From: an uncultured virus (IMG/VR IMGVR_UViG_2049941000_000876) | Lineage: Duplodnaviria; Heunggongvirae; Uroviricota; Caudoviricetes | IMG/VR virus record: IMGVR_UViG_2049941000_000876 | Reading direction: 5' to 3' (one strand) | Length of the DNA stretch: 37,222 bases | Shown here: positions 7,498 through 15,386 of the stretch, in pieces | How positions within the stretch are numbered: position 1 is the first letter of the stretch | How the letters are laid out: every line of letters starts with the position of its first letter | The notes under the pieces: model-generated | Databases searched by the model: none | The model's input: only the letters and a program-made list of their open reading frames with translations | What the model was told of the DNA's origin: nothing | Position numbers and translations under genes: made by a program

Positions 7498-8849
7498 TTG
7501 TTGAATTACAAATAATTTCAAAGATACTAGATACAAAAGATTTTTCGTTTATTGAAGCTAGTGAAGAGGAAATAACCTCAGAATATTTTGATGCCTATGT
7601 TGAAGAGTTTGAGTTTATACAAGCTCATTATAAACAGTATGGTAATGTTCCAGATGTAGAGACTTTTATAAACAAATTTCCCGATATAGAATTAGTGGAA
7701 GTAAACGAAGATAACAACTATCTTTTAGATGAGCTTAAACACGAATATATATATAAAAAGTTATTGCCAGTGCTTAAACAAGGGGTGTCTCTATTTGAGC
7801 AGGGCAAGCTTATTGAAGCCTGTGATTATCTCATATCAGATATTCCTAAAGCAAAAGAACTGGCTGTAAAATCAAAAGATGTTGGTGTGATAGAGAGTGT
7901 AGATGAGCGTGTACACGATTATGAGTTTGTAAATCAAAATATAACCGCAAATTTTATACCAACTGGTTTTGCTGAAATGGATGCTGATATAGTTGGATGG
8001 AAACGAGGGGAGGAGCTTGTTGTTATTTACGCAAGGACTAACCAAGGTAAATCATGGATATTAGAAGCATTTTGTACAAATGCTGTAGAACAAGGATATA
8101 ACGTAGGATATTTTTCTCCTGAGATGAGTGATAAGAGTGTAGGTTATAGATTTGATACATTACATGGTAATCTTTCAAATTCAGCTATGACATTTGGAAA
8201 AGTCACAGATACTTTTAACTTAGATATTTATAAATTATATAGTGATGAACTTAAAAAGTTGAGTGGTGAAATGTATGTAAGAACTCCTGCAGATTTTAAC
8301 AGACGAGTTACAGTAACTAAATTAAGAGAGTGGATAGAGAGCAGACAATTAGATATTATTGCATTAGATGGTATTACATATCTTACTGATGAGCGATTTA
8401 AAAAAGGTGATAGTAAAACAATATCATTAACAAATATCAGTGAGGACTTGATGGAACTATCAGTTGAGATGAAAGTCCCTATTCTTGTTGTTGTGCAAGC
8501 TAATAGAGGCGGAGTAGTTGATAAACAATCACTTGATACACCAGAGTTAGAGAATATCAGAGATAGTGATGGTATAGCTATGAATGCCAGTAAAGTATAT
8601 GCTGTTCGTCAAATAAAGAATAATGATAATGTTACTCTTCTTATTGATAATAAAAAAATGAGAGGAGGAGAAATGGGGCAGTCTTATAGTTATACATGGG
8701 ATATTGATATAGGAAGATTTGAGTATGTTGATAAATCAACTTTAGATATAAATGAAGATAAGTATGAAGCGCCAACAAGAGAAAAGAAAGAAGTAACTGG
8801 TGGTGCTAAGAGAAGTCAAAGAACAAGAGTAAATGAGGATGATTTCTAA
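7494..8849 (+). CDS. dnaB: DnaB-like replicative helicase
   Basis: TTG start overlapping previous stop; IPTGF, ARTNQGKS, FSPEM, VQANR, IRDSDGI motifs. Confidence 0.9.
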   Translation: MIVELQIISKILDTKDFSFIEASEEEITSEYFDAYVEEFEFIQAHYKQYGNVPDVETFINKFPDIELVEVNEDNNYLLDELKHEYIYKKLLPVLKQGVSLFEQGKLIEACDYLISDIPKAKELAVKSKDVGVIESVDERVHDYEFVNQNITANFIPTGFAEMDADIVGWKRGEELVVIYARTNQGKSWILEAFCTNAVEQGYNVGYFSPEMSDKSVGYRFDTLHGNLSNSAMTFGKVTDTFNLDIYKLYSDELKKLSGEMYVRTPADFNRRVTVTKLREWIESRQLDIIALDGITYLTDERFKKGDSKTISLTNISEDLMELSVEMKVPILVVVQANRGGVVDKQSLDTPELENIRDSDGIAMNASKVYAVRQIKNNDNVTLLIDNKKMRGGEMGQSYSYTWDIDIGRFEYVDKSTLDINEDKYEAPTREKKEVTGGAKRSQRTRVNEDDF

Positions 8850-9811
8850 TGATTGTAGATAATATAGAATACTATATTGATGCCATTGATATAATCAATC
8901 TTCTCCGCTCAGATTTAGCCGCACATAATATACAGCTATTAGAAAAAGAGCCAAGAGAATCTGGCGAGAATATTCAGATACAATGTCCTTATCACAGCAA
9001 TGGACAGGAAAGAAAACCATCAGCTGGAATAAGAAAGTCAGATGGAATCTTTCATTGTTTTAGTTGTGGTGAAACTCATTCATTACCTGAAGTTATCTCA
9101 TATTGTTTTGGTCATGAAGATAAAGGCGCATATGGTAGAAGATGGCTAATCACACATATTCCAGACCACAGACAGACATTTGGTAAATCTCATTATCACG
9201 AAAAGAAAAAAGAGGAAACAATAACTCAATTTGTTTCCGAAGAAGAGCTTGATAACTACAGATGGACACATCCATATTGGGCTGAAAGAGGAATAGTCAA
9301 TGAAAAGATTGTAGAATACTTTGATTTAGGATATGATAGAGAAAAGCAGATGATAACTTTTCCTGTCAGAGATATAAACGGTAATTGTGAGTTTGTAGCT
9401 AAACGAAGTGTAAAGACGAAATTCTTTCAATATCCATCTGGTGTTAGCAAGCCACTATACGGGTTGTATGAATTAAACTTAGCATTAGAGCTTGGCGAAG
9501 AAGTGAAAGAGGTAATAGTCTGTGAATCAATGATAGACTGTATTCTTTTATGGCAAGCAGGATATTATAGTGTAGCACTTAATGGACTTGGTAATGAACG
9601 GCAGTTTAAGCAGTTAAATAAATTGCCGATTAAGAATCTGATACTTGCTACAGATAATGATAAAGCTGGTAAAGATGCTCGACAGCGATTAAGAAAGAAT
9701 CTGAATAATAAGTGGATAACTGAGATAGAGTTCCCAAAAGGTATAAAAGATATTGGTGAATGTACTAAAGAGCAGGTGATTAACATTCTTGATTGGAGAA
9801 AGTGGTTATGA
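8849..9811 (+). CDS. dnaG: DNA primase (CHC2 zinc finger + TOPRIM)
   Basis: CPYH...FHCFSC; VCESMID; ATDNDKAG; KDIGE. Confidence 0.9.
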   Translation: MIVDNIEYYIDAIDIINLLRSDLAAHNIQLLEKEPRESGENIQIQCPYHSNGQERKPSAGIRKSDGIFHCFSCGETHSLPEVISYCFGHEDKGAYGRRWLITHIPDHRQTFGKSHYHEKKKEETITQFVSEEELDNYRWTHPYWAERGIVNEKIVEYFDLGYDREKQMITFPVRDINGNCEFVAKRSVKTKFFQYPSGVSKPLYGLYELNLALELGEEVKEVIVCESMIDCILLWQAGYYSVALNGLGNERQFKQLNKLPIKNLILATDNDKAGKDARQRLRKNLNNKWITEIEFPKGIKDIGECTKEQVINILDWRKWL

Positions 9812-10470
9812 CAAAATATCTAATACATAGTTGTGAGAAAAGAAAGTGGTATGTAGACCAATATCTTGTACCGTCAATGGTTGAACAAGGAATAGATAGA
9901 GATAATATCTTGGTTTATAATGATGCCGCAAAGCAAGGAAATCTAAAATCATTTATAGCATCAGCAGATTTAGTAAAGGATGCAAGTTATGGTACATGGC
10001 ATCTACAAGATGATATAATCATCAGCTCAAGCTTCAAGGAGTTTACAGAAGAGTATGATAATGGATTAGTGTGTGGATTCTGTAATACATATAGTAGTGA
10101 GATGCCTATAGGCATATGTCTTACAAGAAATATGTGGTATTCATTTCCCTGCATAAGAATACCTAATTATATCTTAAAAGACTTTATAAATTGGATAGCA
10201 ACCGCGGAGATACAGAATAAATATAAAGCATATATAGAAGCTAATAAGTTTGATGATACATTGTTCCGATTCTTTATGATGGCTAAATATCCAAACATGA
10301 TAGTGCATAATCTTTGTCCAAACATAGTGGATAATGTAGATTATCTATTAGGTGGCTCACTGATAAATTATAGAAAGAAAGATTGTAATGTTAATTCTTT
10401 GTATTTTGCAGAGCCGGAGTTAGTTGAAGAATTATCTGGGAAATTACACAAAACCAATTTACAGAAATAA
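9808..10470 (+). CDS. Putative GT-A fold glycosyltransferase
   Basis: ATGA overlap with primase stop, GGAG SD; WHLQDDII DxD-like motif, SFPCIRIP, FDD, PNIVD. Confidence 0.5.
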   Translation: MTKYLIHSCEKRKWYVDQYLVPSMVEQGIDRDNILVYNDAAKQGNLKSFIASADLVKDASYGTWHLQDDIIISSSFKEFTEEYDNGLVCGFCNTYSSEMPIGICLTRNMWYSFPCIRIPNYILKDFINWIATAEIQNKYKAYIEANKFDDTLFRFFMMAKYPNMIVHNLCPNIVDNVDYLLGGSLINYRKKDCNVNSLYFAEPELVEELSGKLHKTNLQK

Positions 10471-10486
10471 ATAAATATGTTATAGT
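10458..10486 (+). promoter_or_regulatory. Sigma-A-type promoter with extended -10
   Basis: TTTACA-17 nt-TATAGT with TG one base upstream of the -10. Confidence 0.78.
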
Positions 10487-10547
10487 ATATTTGTAGTCAA
10501 GAAACACAAAACGTTTTAAACGAAAGAAAGGTTAAAAGGTAAAAACG

Positions 10548-11252
10548 ATGAGTAAGACAAACGTAGCAACTAATAGTGAGCCTGGTATTATCGGGCAGAT
10601 GTATGAGGACAGAAAGTCCAAGAAACGAGGTGTATTAGAGAGTAGAGAGACAAAGTATAAAACTCTAATGTTTAGAGCAGACGATGGCAGTTCATTTAAT
10701 ATTACATATGCTACATTCAGAAGCAATTGGAGGAAGTATGTTGGGGATGAGATTATACAGACATCTACTCAGGTTGAAGAACAAAAGACAGAAGAAAAGA
10801 AGAGAGAACAGACAGCTAAAAAGACTGTTGAAAGCAAGTCAGAAGTGGTGAAGATGACTACAGAAGAGAAAGTTAAGAAAGTCAGAGCCATTGATGAACT
10901 TGTAATCTCAAAGATTAAGAATATCGGAACAGACCTTATAAAGACAACAAGAACAAGCAGAGGCTGTGTGATTGTTCAGTATAAGAAGAAAACTCTTTTT
11001 GAAATCTGGACTAAGTTTGGTCTTGATAAGTTTGATATCTGTGTGCTTGATGATGTAGCCGCATCAGATGAAAAGAAGTTTAAGGCTATTATTGCAAAGA
11101 CAGATTATACAAACAAAGAGAAGTGGCATCTTCCTCATCTATTTAGAATTGGTGTTGATGCTTTTGATGGAAAAGTAGATGCTCTTTTGGAGCTTGCTAA
11201 TAATTATGCTAGTGCGAAAGCAGAGGCTACTAAAAAGAAGGAGGAGAAGTAA
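10548..11252 (+). CDS. Hypothetical two-domain Lys-rich protein
   Basis: 234-aa ORF downstream of a promoter. Confidence 0.8.
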   Translation: MSKTNVATNSEPGIIGQMYEDRKSKKRGVLESRETKYKTLMFRADDGSSFNITYATFRSNWRKYVGDEIIQTSTQVEEQKTEEKKREQTAKKTVESKSEVVKMTTEEKVKKVRAIDELVISKIKNIGTDLIKTTRTSRGCVIVQYKKKTLFEIWTKFGLDKFDICVLDDVAASDEKKFKAIIAKTDYTNKEKWHLPHLFRIGVDAFDGKVDALLELANNYASAKAEATKKKEEK

Positions 11253-11923
11253 TGCGATTTAGTTTTGAGGACGCAGATAAGTATGGTTCAACAGGTGGTA
11301 GTAAGACAAATTTCTTTTCATTGAAGGATGATGGAGATAAAGCATATGTTCATCTTTTAGGAGATGATATGAATGATTTTCCTGGATATGCAGTGCATAG
11401 AGTTCCTGTAGGAGATGGTCATAGATATGTAAACTGTCTTAGAGAAGCAGGAGCACCTGTTACAGATTGTCCTTTCTGTGCATTGGGAAAGAGTGATCCA
11501 GAGATTAGTAAGGTTCATGCAAAGCTCTTTATTCCGCTTTATGACTGTGATACTGATGAGGTAAAGATATGGGAGAGAGGAAAGCAGTTCTTTGGTGAGC
11601 TTGCAAGTTTCTGTTCACATAATCCTGAGGCATCTAAAGTTATCACAGAGATTGAGAGAAGAGGAAAGAAAGGCGATACAAATACCTCTTACAGACTGTA
11701 TGAAACTAAAGAGAATGATGATTTTGATATGCAGAATGTTATAGATGATGTTCCACAGATTCTTGGAGATATTATTCTTGATAAGACAAAAGCAGAGATG
11801 GAGCAGTATCTAAAGACAGGAAAGTTTGAAGATTCTCAGCAAGATACAGGAGTAGTAAGAAGAGGAAATACAGAAAGACGTACTCCATCAAGAAGAGAAA
11901 GAACAAACGAAGATGATTATTGA
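11252..11923 (+). CDS. Single-stranded DNA-binding protein (gp32-like)
   Basis: FFSLKDDGD, H..YVNC..CPFC zinc ligands, VKIWERG, ERRGKKGDTNTSY, acidic/aromatic tail NEDDY. Confidence 0.75.
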   Translation: MRFSFEDADKYGSTGGSKTNFFSLKDDGDKAYVHLLGDDMNDFPGYAVHRVPVGDGHRYVNCLREAGAPVTDCPFCALGKSDPEISKVHAKLFIPLYDCDTDEVKIWERGKQFFGELASFCSHNPEASKVITEIERRGKKGDTNTSYRLYETKENDDFDMQNVIDDVPQILGDIILDKTKAEMEQYLKTGKFEDSQQDTGVVRRGNTERRTPSRRERTNEDDY

Positions 11924-12020
11924 TTGAGTTTCATTATGCCCTTGGAAGTTTACGGACTGACCATGAAAGCTTATTCTTGACCCCATCCCTCAAGAGTGTG
12001 AGAAAGGCAACTCCCCAAAA

Positions 12021-12093
12021 TGCGCCGTAGTACAAATGGTTAGTACATAGCACTTTGACTGCTAGAATAAGAGTTCGATTCTCTTCGGTGTAG
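12021..12093 (+). tRNA. tRNA-Gln (UUG), CCA not encoded
   Basis: Acceptor TGCGCCG/CGGTGTA; D stem GTAC/GTAC; anticodon arm TAGCA-CTTTGAC-TGCTA; T arm AAGAG-TTCGATT-CTCTT. Confidence 0.9.
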
Positions 12094-12096
12094 TTA

Positions 12097-12274
12097 TCGA
12101 CAAGACGAGGGTAAATCGAAAAAACGTTGAGTAGATTTATTCAGAGCCAACCTACATGAAAAGGTCATGCAGATGAGGTCGCAGATAAAATCAGACGTTG
12201 ATAGTTCGCAACTATCTGATATCCACTAGCTAGAAAAATCGTAGAAACGTGCTGGTGTGAAAAGGCAAAGTCGA
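12097..12274 (+). ncRNA. Multi-stem structured RNA of unknown class
   Basis: Closing TCGAC/GTCGA plus four internal hairpins; lies between tRNA-Gln and tRNA-like element A. Confidence 0.45.
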
Positions 12275-12278
12275 GAAA

Positions 12279-12372
12279 CAGTGTGTGGCGGAATAGGTAG
12301 ACGTTAATCAGATGCGGTAGTGCTAAAGCAATATCAATGCGTCATGTAAGGTGCAAATCCTTACCACACTGA
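12279..12372 (+). ncRNA. tRNA-like element A (no anticodon arm)
   Basis: CAGTGTG/CACACTG acceptor; TGGCGGAATAGGTAGACGT D arm; GTAAGG-TGCAAAT-CCTTAC T arm. Confidence 0.75.
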
Positions 12373-12426
12373 TTGACAAGTGTTCTTCTTTTCTTGTCAT
12401 AGGGTTTTCTCCATTGTCATAAGAGT

Positions 12427-12517
12427 GATGCAGTGGCGGAATAGGTAGACGCAGGGTATAGAAAGTAGTTGACGAACTAGCCTCGTTATTATAGAGTGCA
12501 AATCTCTATCTGCATCA
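12427..12517 (+). ncRNA. tRNA-like element B (no anticodon arm)
   Basis: GATGCAG/CTGCATC acceptor; same D arm as element A; ATAGAG-TGCAAAT-CTCTAT T arm. Confidence 0.75.
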
Positions 12518-12571
12518 TCCCCTATATGGGGCTGAAATTTTTTTCATTGCTTTATCCTTAACCAGGATGGT

Positions 12572-12654
12572 AGCTTGTTAGCTCAATTGGAAGAGCACCG
12601 TGCGCACATAAAAACAACGAGAGGTGTATAGAGGTTCGAATCCTCTACAAGCTG
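12572..12654 (+). ncRNA. tRNA-like element C (degenerate anticodon arm)
   Basis: AGCTTGT/ACAAGCT acceptor; GCTC-AATTGGAA-GAGC D arm; AGAGG-TTCGAAT-CCTCT T arm; unpaired oversized anticodon region. Confidence 0.75.
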
Positions 12655-12673
12655 TTCCCTTAGTGAGATGAGG

Positions 12674-12889
12674 GATGTATGTACCTAACCCGTTGGTATT
12701 ATTAAACGATATGATTAACGCCAACAATAAAAACTTGTAGCGGATGCTACTTACATATCGAAGTAGCATTGGAACAATTAGTTGATGTTTACCCTAAACA
12801 CAATCACAATAGGTATGTTTTTTCTTTTTGCAACCGCTACATACATCGGAAGTTTAATGTTAAGCAGTACGGTCACTGCGACAAGGGTT
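12674..12889 (+). ncRNA. Structured, possibly pseudoknotted RNA upstream of the polymerase operon
   Basis: GATGTATGTA/TACATACATC, TGTAGCGG/CCGCTACA, ATGCTACTT/AAGTAGCAT and TACCTA/TAGGTA complementarities. Confidence 0.5.
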
Positions 12890-12916
12890 TATAAGATGAT
12901 AAAGAGGTAATTAGAT

Positions 12917-13132
12917 ATGAAATGTACACACAATGATTGTTTCACTTGTCCATATCCAGATTGTATAGCTGGTGCAAAAACAGTTCCTAATAAGTCTGTA
13001 GTAAAGAAGGACAAAGCAAAGATATATAAATCTGAATATGATAGACAGAGATATCAAAAGAACAAAGATAAAATATTAGCTAAGTATCGTAAACGAAGGG
13101 ATGAGGAAAAGAGAAATGCAACCACTATTTGA
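12917..13132 (+). CDS. Small Cys4 zinc-binding basic protein
   Basis: GAGG SD; CTHNDCFTCPYPDC then basic helix; paralog at 24784. Confidence 0.7.
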   Translation: MKCTHNDCFTCPYPDCIAGAKTVPNKSVVKKDKAKIYKSEYDRQRYQKNKDKILAKYRKRRDEEKRNATTI

Positions 13133-15386
13133 GATAAAGAACACTAAAAGTAATGACATTGATATTTTACAGAAATCAAAAATGAGAAATAAAATTGTTA
13201 CCACTACAAATAAAAGTAGTGGTAATATTGCTAATAGAATAAAAATAATCGTGGCTAAAGTAGAGACCGCACTTGGTAAATATAAAGATGAAACTTTACT
13301 CATTCAAGATGAGCAAGTGCTCCATGATTATATTGATAAGTGTATTGCTAATGGAATATATGGAATAGATACAGAGACAACAGGACTTAATCCTTTATTA
13401 GATGAGTTGGTTGGTGTAAGTATTTATACACCTGGAGAGAAAACAGCTTATATACCTATAAATCATGTATCGTATGTTACTGGACAAAAAGTAAAGAATC
13501 AGTTATCATTAGAAGTAGTAGGAAAAGAACTTGCAAGATTACTTGGTATAAATTGTGATATGTTCAATGCCCCATTTGATATCAGATTTATCAAGAATCA
13601 TACAGGTACAAGATTAAAATGTACATGGGACGCATCTATAGCTTCAAGATGTTTAAATGAGAATGAGCCAAATAAGGGCTTAAAGAAGTTACATCAGAAA
13701 TATGTATTAAAGGGTCAGGAAGATGCTTTTAAGTTTGATGACCTATTTAAGGGTATAAGCTTTGCACTTATTCCTATCAAGACAGCTTCATTATATGCAG
13801 CCCATGATGCAAAGATTACATATGAGTATGCAGAATATCAGAGAAAATATCTTAGATTAGACCACGAAAGAGAAGATATGCGAAACATAGCTTGGGTATT
13901 TCATAACATAGAGATGCCTATAGTGGATGTTGTAATAGATATGGAAGACACTGGCATAGAGTTTGACATGGAATATAATAAAGAGCTTAAAGAAAAGTAT
14001 CATGCCTTGTTGAATGAGAAAGAAGAGAACTTCCATAAGCTATGCGAGATGTATAGAGAAGAGATTGATAATTATGATGGAAAAGTAAAGCTAGATGACC
14101 CAATAAATATTCAGTCTGTACCTCAGTTGCAAGTGTTACTTTATGATATTGCAAAATTACCTTTGTTCTTTGACAAGAGGCAGAAAAAAGAAACAAGAAG
14201 TACAGCAGAAGAAGCACTAAAGAAATTAAAGAATCCTATCGCAGATGCCGTATTAGAGTATCGTTCATTCTCAACATTAGTAAGTACATTTATAGATAAA
14301 CTTCCAGAGTGTGTCAATCCTAATGATGGACGTATTCATTGTAAGTTTAATCAATATGGAGCAGACACAGGAAGATTTTCTAGTCAGGATCCAAATATGC
14401 AGAATATCCCATCCCATGATAAAAATATCAGAAAGATGTTCAGAGCTAGTAAAGGATATGTAATGATGTCCGCAGACTTCTCACAGCAAGAGGTTAAAGG
14501 TATGGCTCAGATGTGCGGAGATGAAACAATGGCAGAAGCTTTTAGACAAGGCAAAGATTTCTACGCACAGATAGCAAGTGTGGCATTTAATTATCCATAT
14601 GAAGATTGTTTAGAGTTCAGACCAGATGGCACAACTAATCCAGAGGGTAAAGAGAGAAGAAGTCAAGCAAAGTCTATTCTGTTGGGTATAAACTATGGAC
14701 GTGGGGCTGCAAGTATCGCTGAACAGCTGGGATGTACAAAAGAGAAAGCAGAACAAATAAAAGAAGATGTATTTTTAGGATTTCCAGCTATAGCTAAGTT
14801 TGAACAAGATAGTTTTGAGATGGCAGAGACATTAGGTTATGTAACTACACTTTGGGGCAGAAAAAGAAGATTGCCAGATATGATGTTGCCAGATTATGAG
14901 TTTCAATGGGCAGATAAATCTGCATCAGATGATCCACTTGATTTTGACAGCGAGTTGCCAGAAGAAGTGCCTGATGAGATTATCAATAAATATCTTAGAA
15001 AACTATCCAAATGTTGGGGCGCTCAGAAGCGAAAGATATTTGAAGAGGCTAATGCAGAGGGTGTGTGGATTATAGATAACACCAAGAAGAAAGCAGATGC
15101 TAGTAGGCAGTGTGTTAATGCTCGTATTCAAGGCACAGCCGCTGACCAAGCTAAGTTAGCTATGATTGCATTACATGATGATGAAAGATTGAAAGAATTA
15201 GGCTTTAGAATACTCATTCCTGTACACGATGAAGTTATAGCAGAATGCCCTAAGGAAAATGCAAAAGAAGTGGCAGAAAGATTCGCTTATATAATGTCTC
15301 ATTCAAGCGGTGAGAAGTTTACAATTCCCATTTCATGTGACGTTGCCATTTCAGAACAGTGGTATGGAGAGGAAATAAAACTATGA
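13116..15386 (+). CDS. polA: Family A DNA polymerase (3'-5' exonuclease + polymerase; no 5'-3' exonuclease domain)
   Basis: DTETTG, FNAPFD, YAAHDA exonuclease motifs; TGRFSS..PNMQNIP; ADFSQQE (A); KSILLGINYG (B); VHDE (C); start 13116 chosen from GAGG spacing (13101 is the alternative). Confidence 0.95.
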   Translation: MQPLFEIKNTKSNDIDILQKSKMRNKIVTTTNKSSGNIANRIKIIVAKVETALGKYKDETLLIQDEQVLHDYIDKCIANGIYGIDTETTGLNPLLDELVGVSIYTPGEKTAYIPINHVSYVTGQKVKNQLSLEVVGKELARLLGINCDMFNAPFDIRFIKNHTGTRLKCTWDASIASRCLNENEPNKGLKKLHQKYVLKGQEDAFKFDDLFKGISFALIPIKTASLYAAHDAKITYEYAEYQRKYLRLDHEREDMRNIAWVFHNIEMPIVDVVIDMEDTGIEFDMEYNKELKEKYHALLNEKEENFHKLCEMYREEIDNYDGKVKLDDPINIQSVPQLQVLLYDIAKLPLFFDKRQKKETRSTAEEALKKLKNPIADAVLEYRSFSTLVSTFIDKLPECVNPNDGRIHCKFNQYGADTGRFSSQDPNMQNIPSHDKNIRKMFRASKGYVMMSADFSQQEVKGMAQMCGDETMAEAFRQGKDFYAQIASVAFNYPYEDCLEFRPDGTTNPEGKERRSQAKSILLGINYGRGAASIAEQLGCTKEKAEQIKEDVFLGFPAIAKFEQDSFEMAETLGYVTTLWGRKRRLPDMMLPDYEFQWADKSASDDPLDFDSELPEEVPDEIINKYLRKLSKCWGAQKRKIFEEANAEGVWIIDNTKKKADASRQCVNARIQGTAADQAKLAMIALHDDERLKELGFRILIPVHDEVIAECPKENAKEVAERFAYIMSHSSGEKFTIPISCDVAISEQWYGEEIKL

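Noticed and set aside
12285..12451. 19-nt direct repeat as a CRISPR array
   Set aside because: Only two copies, and both are D arms of tRNA-like folds; no cas operon
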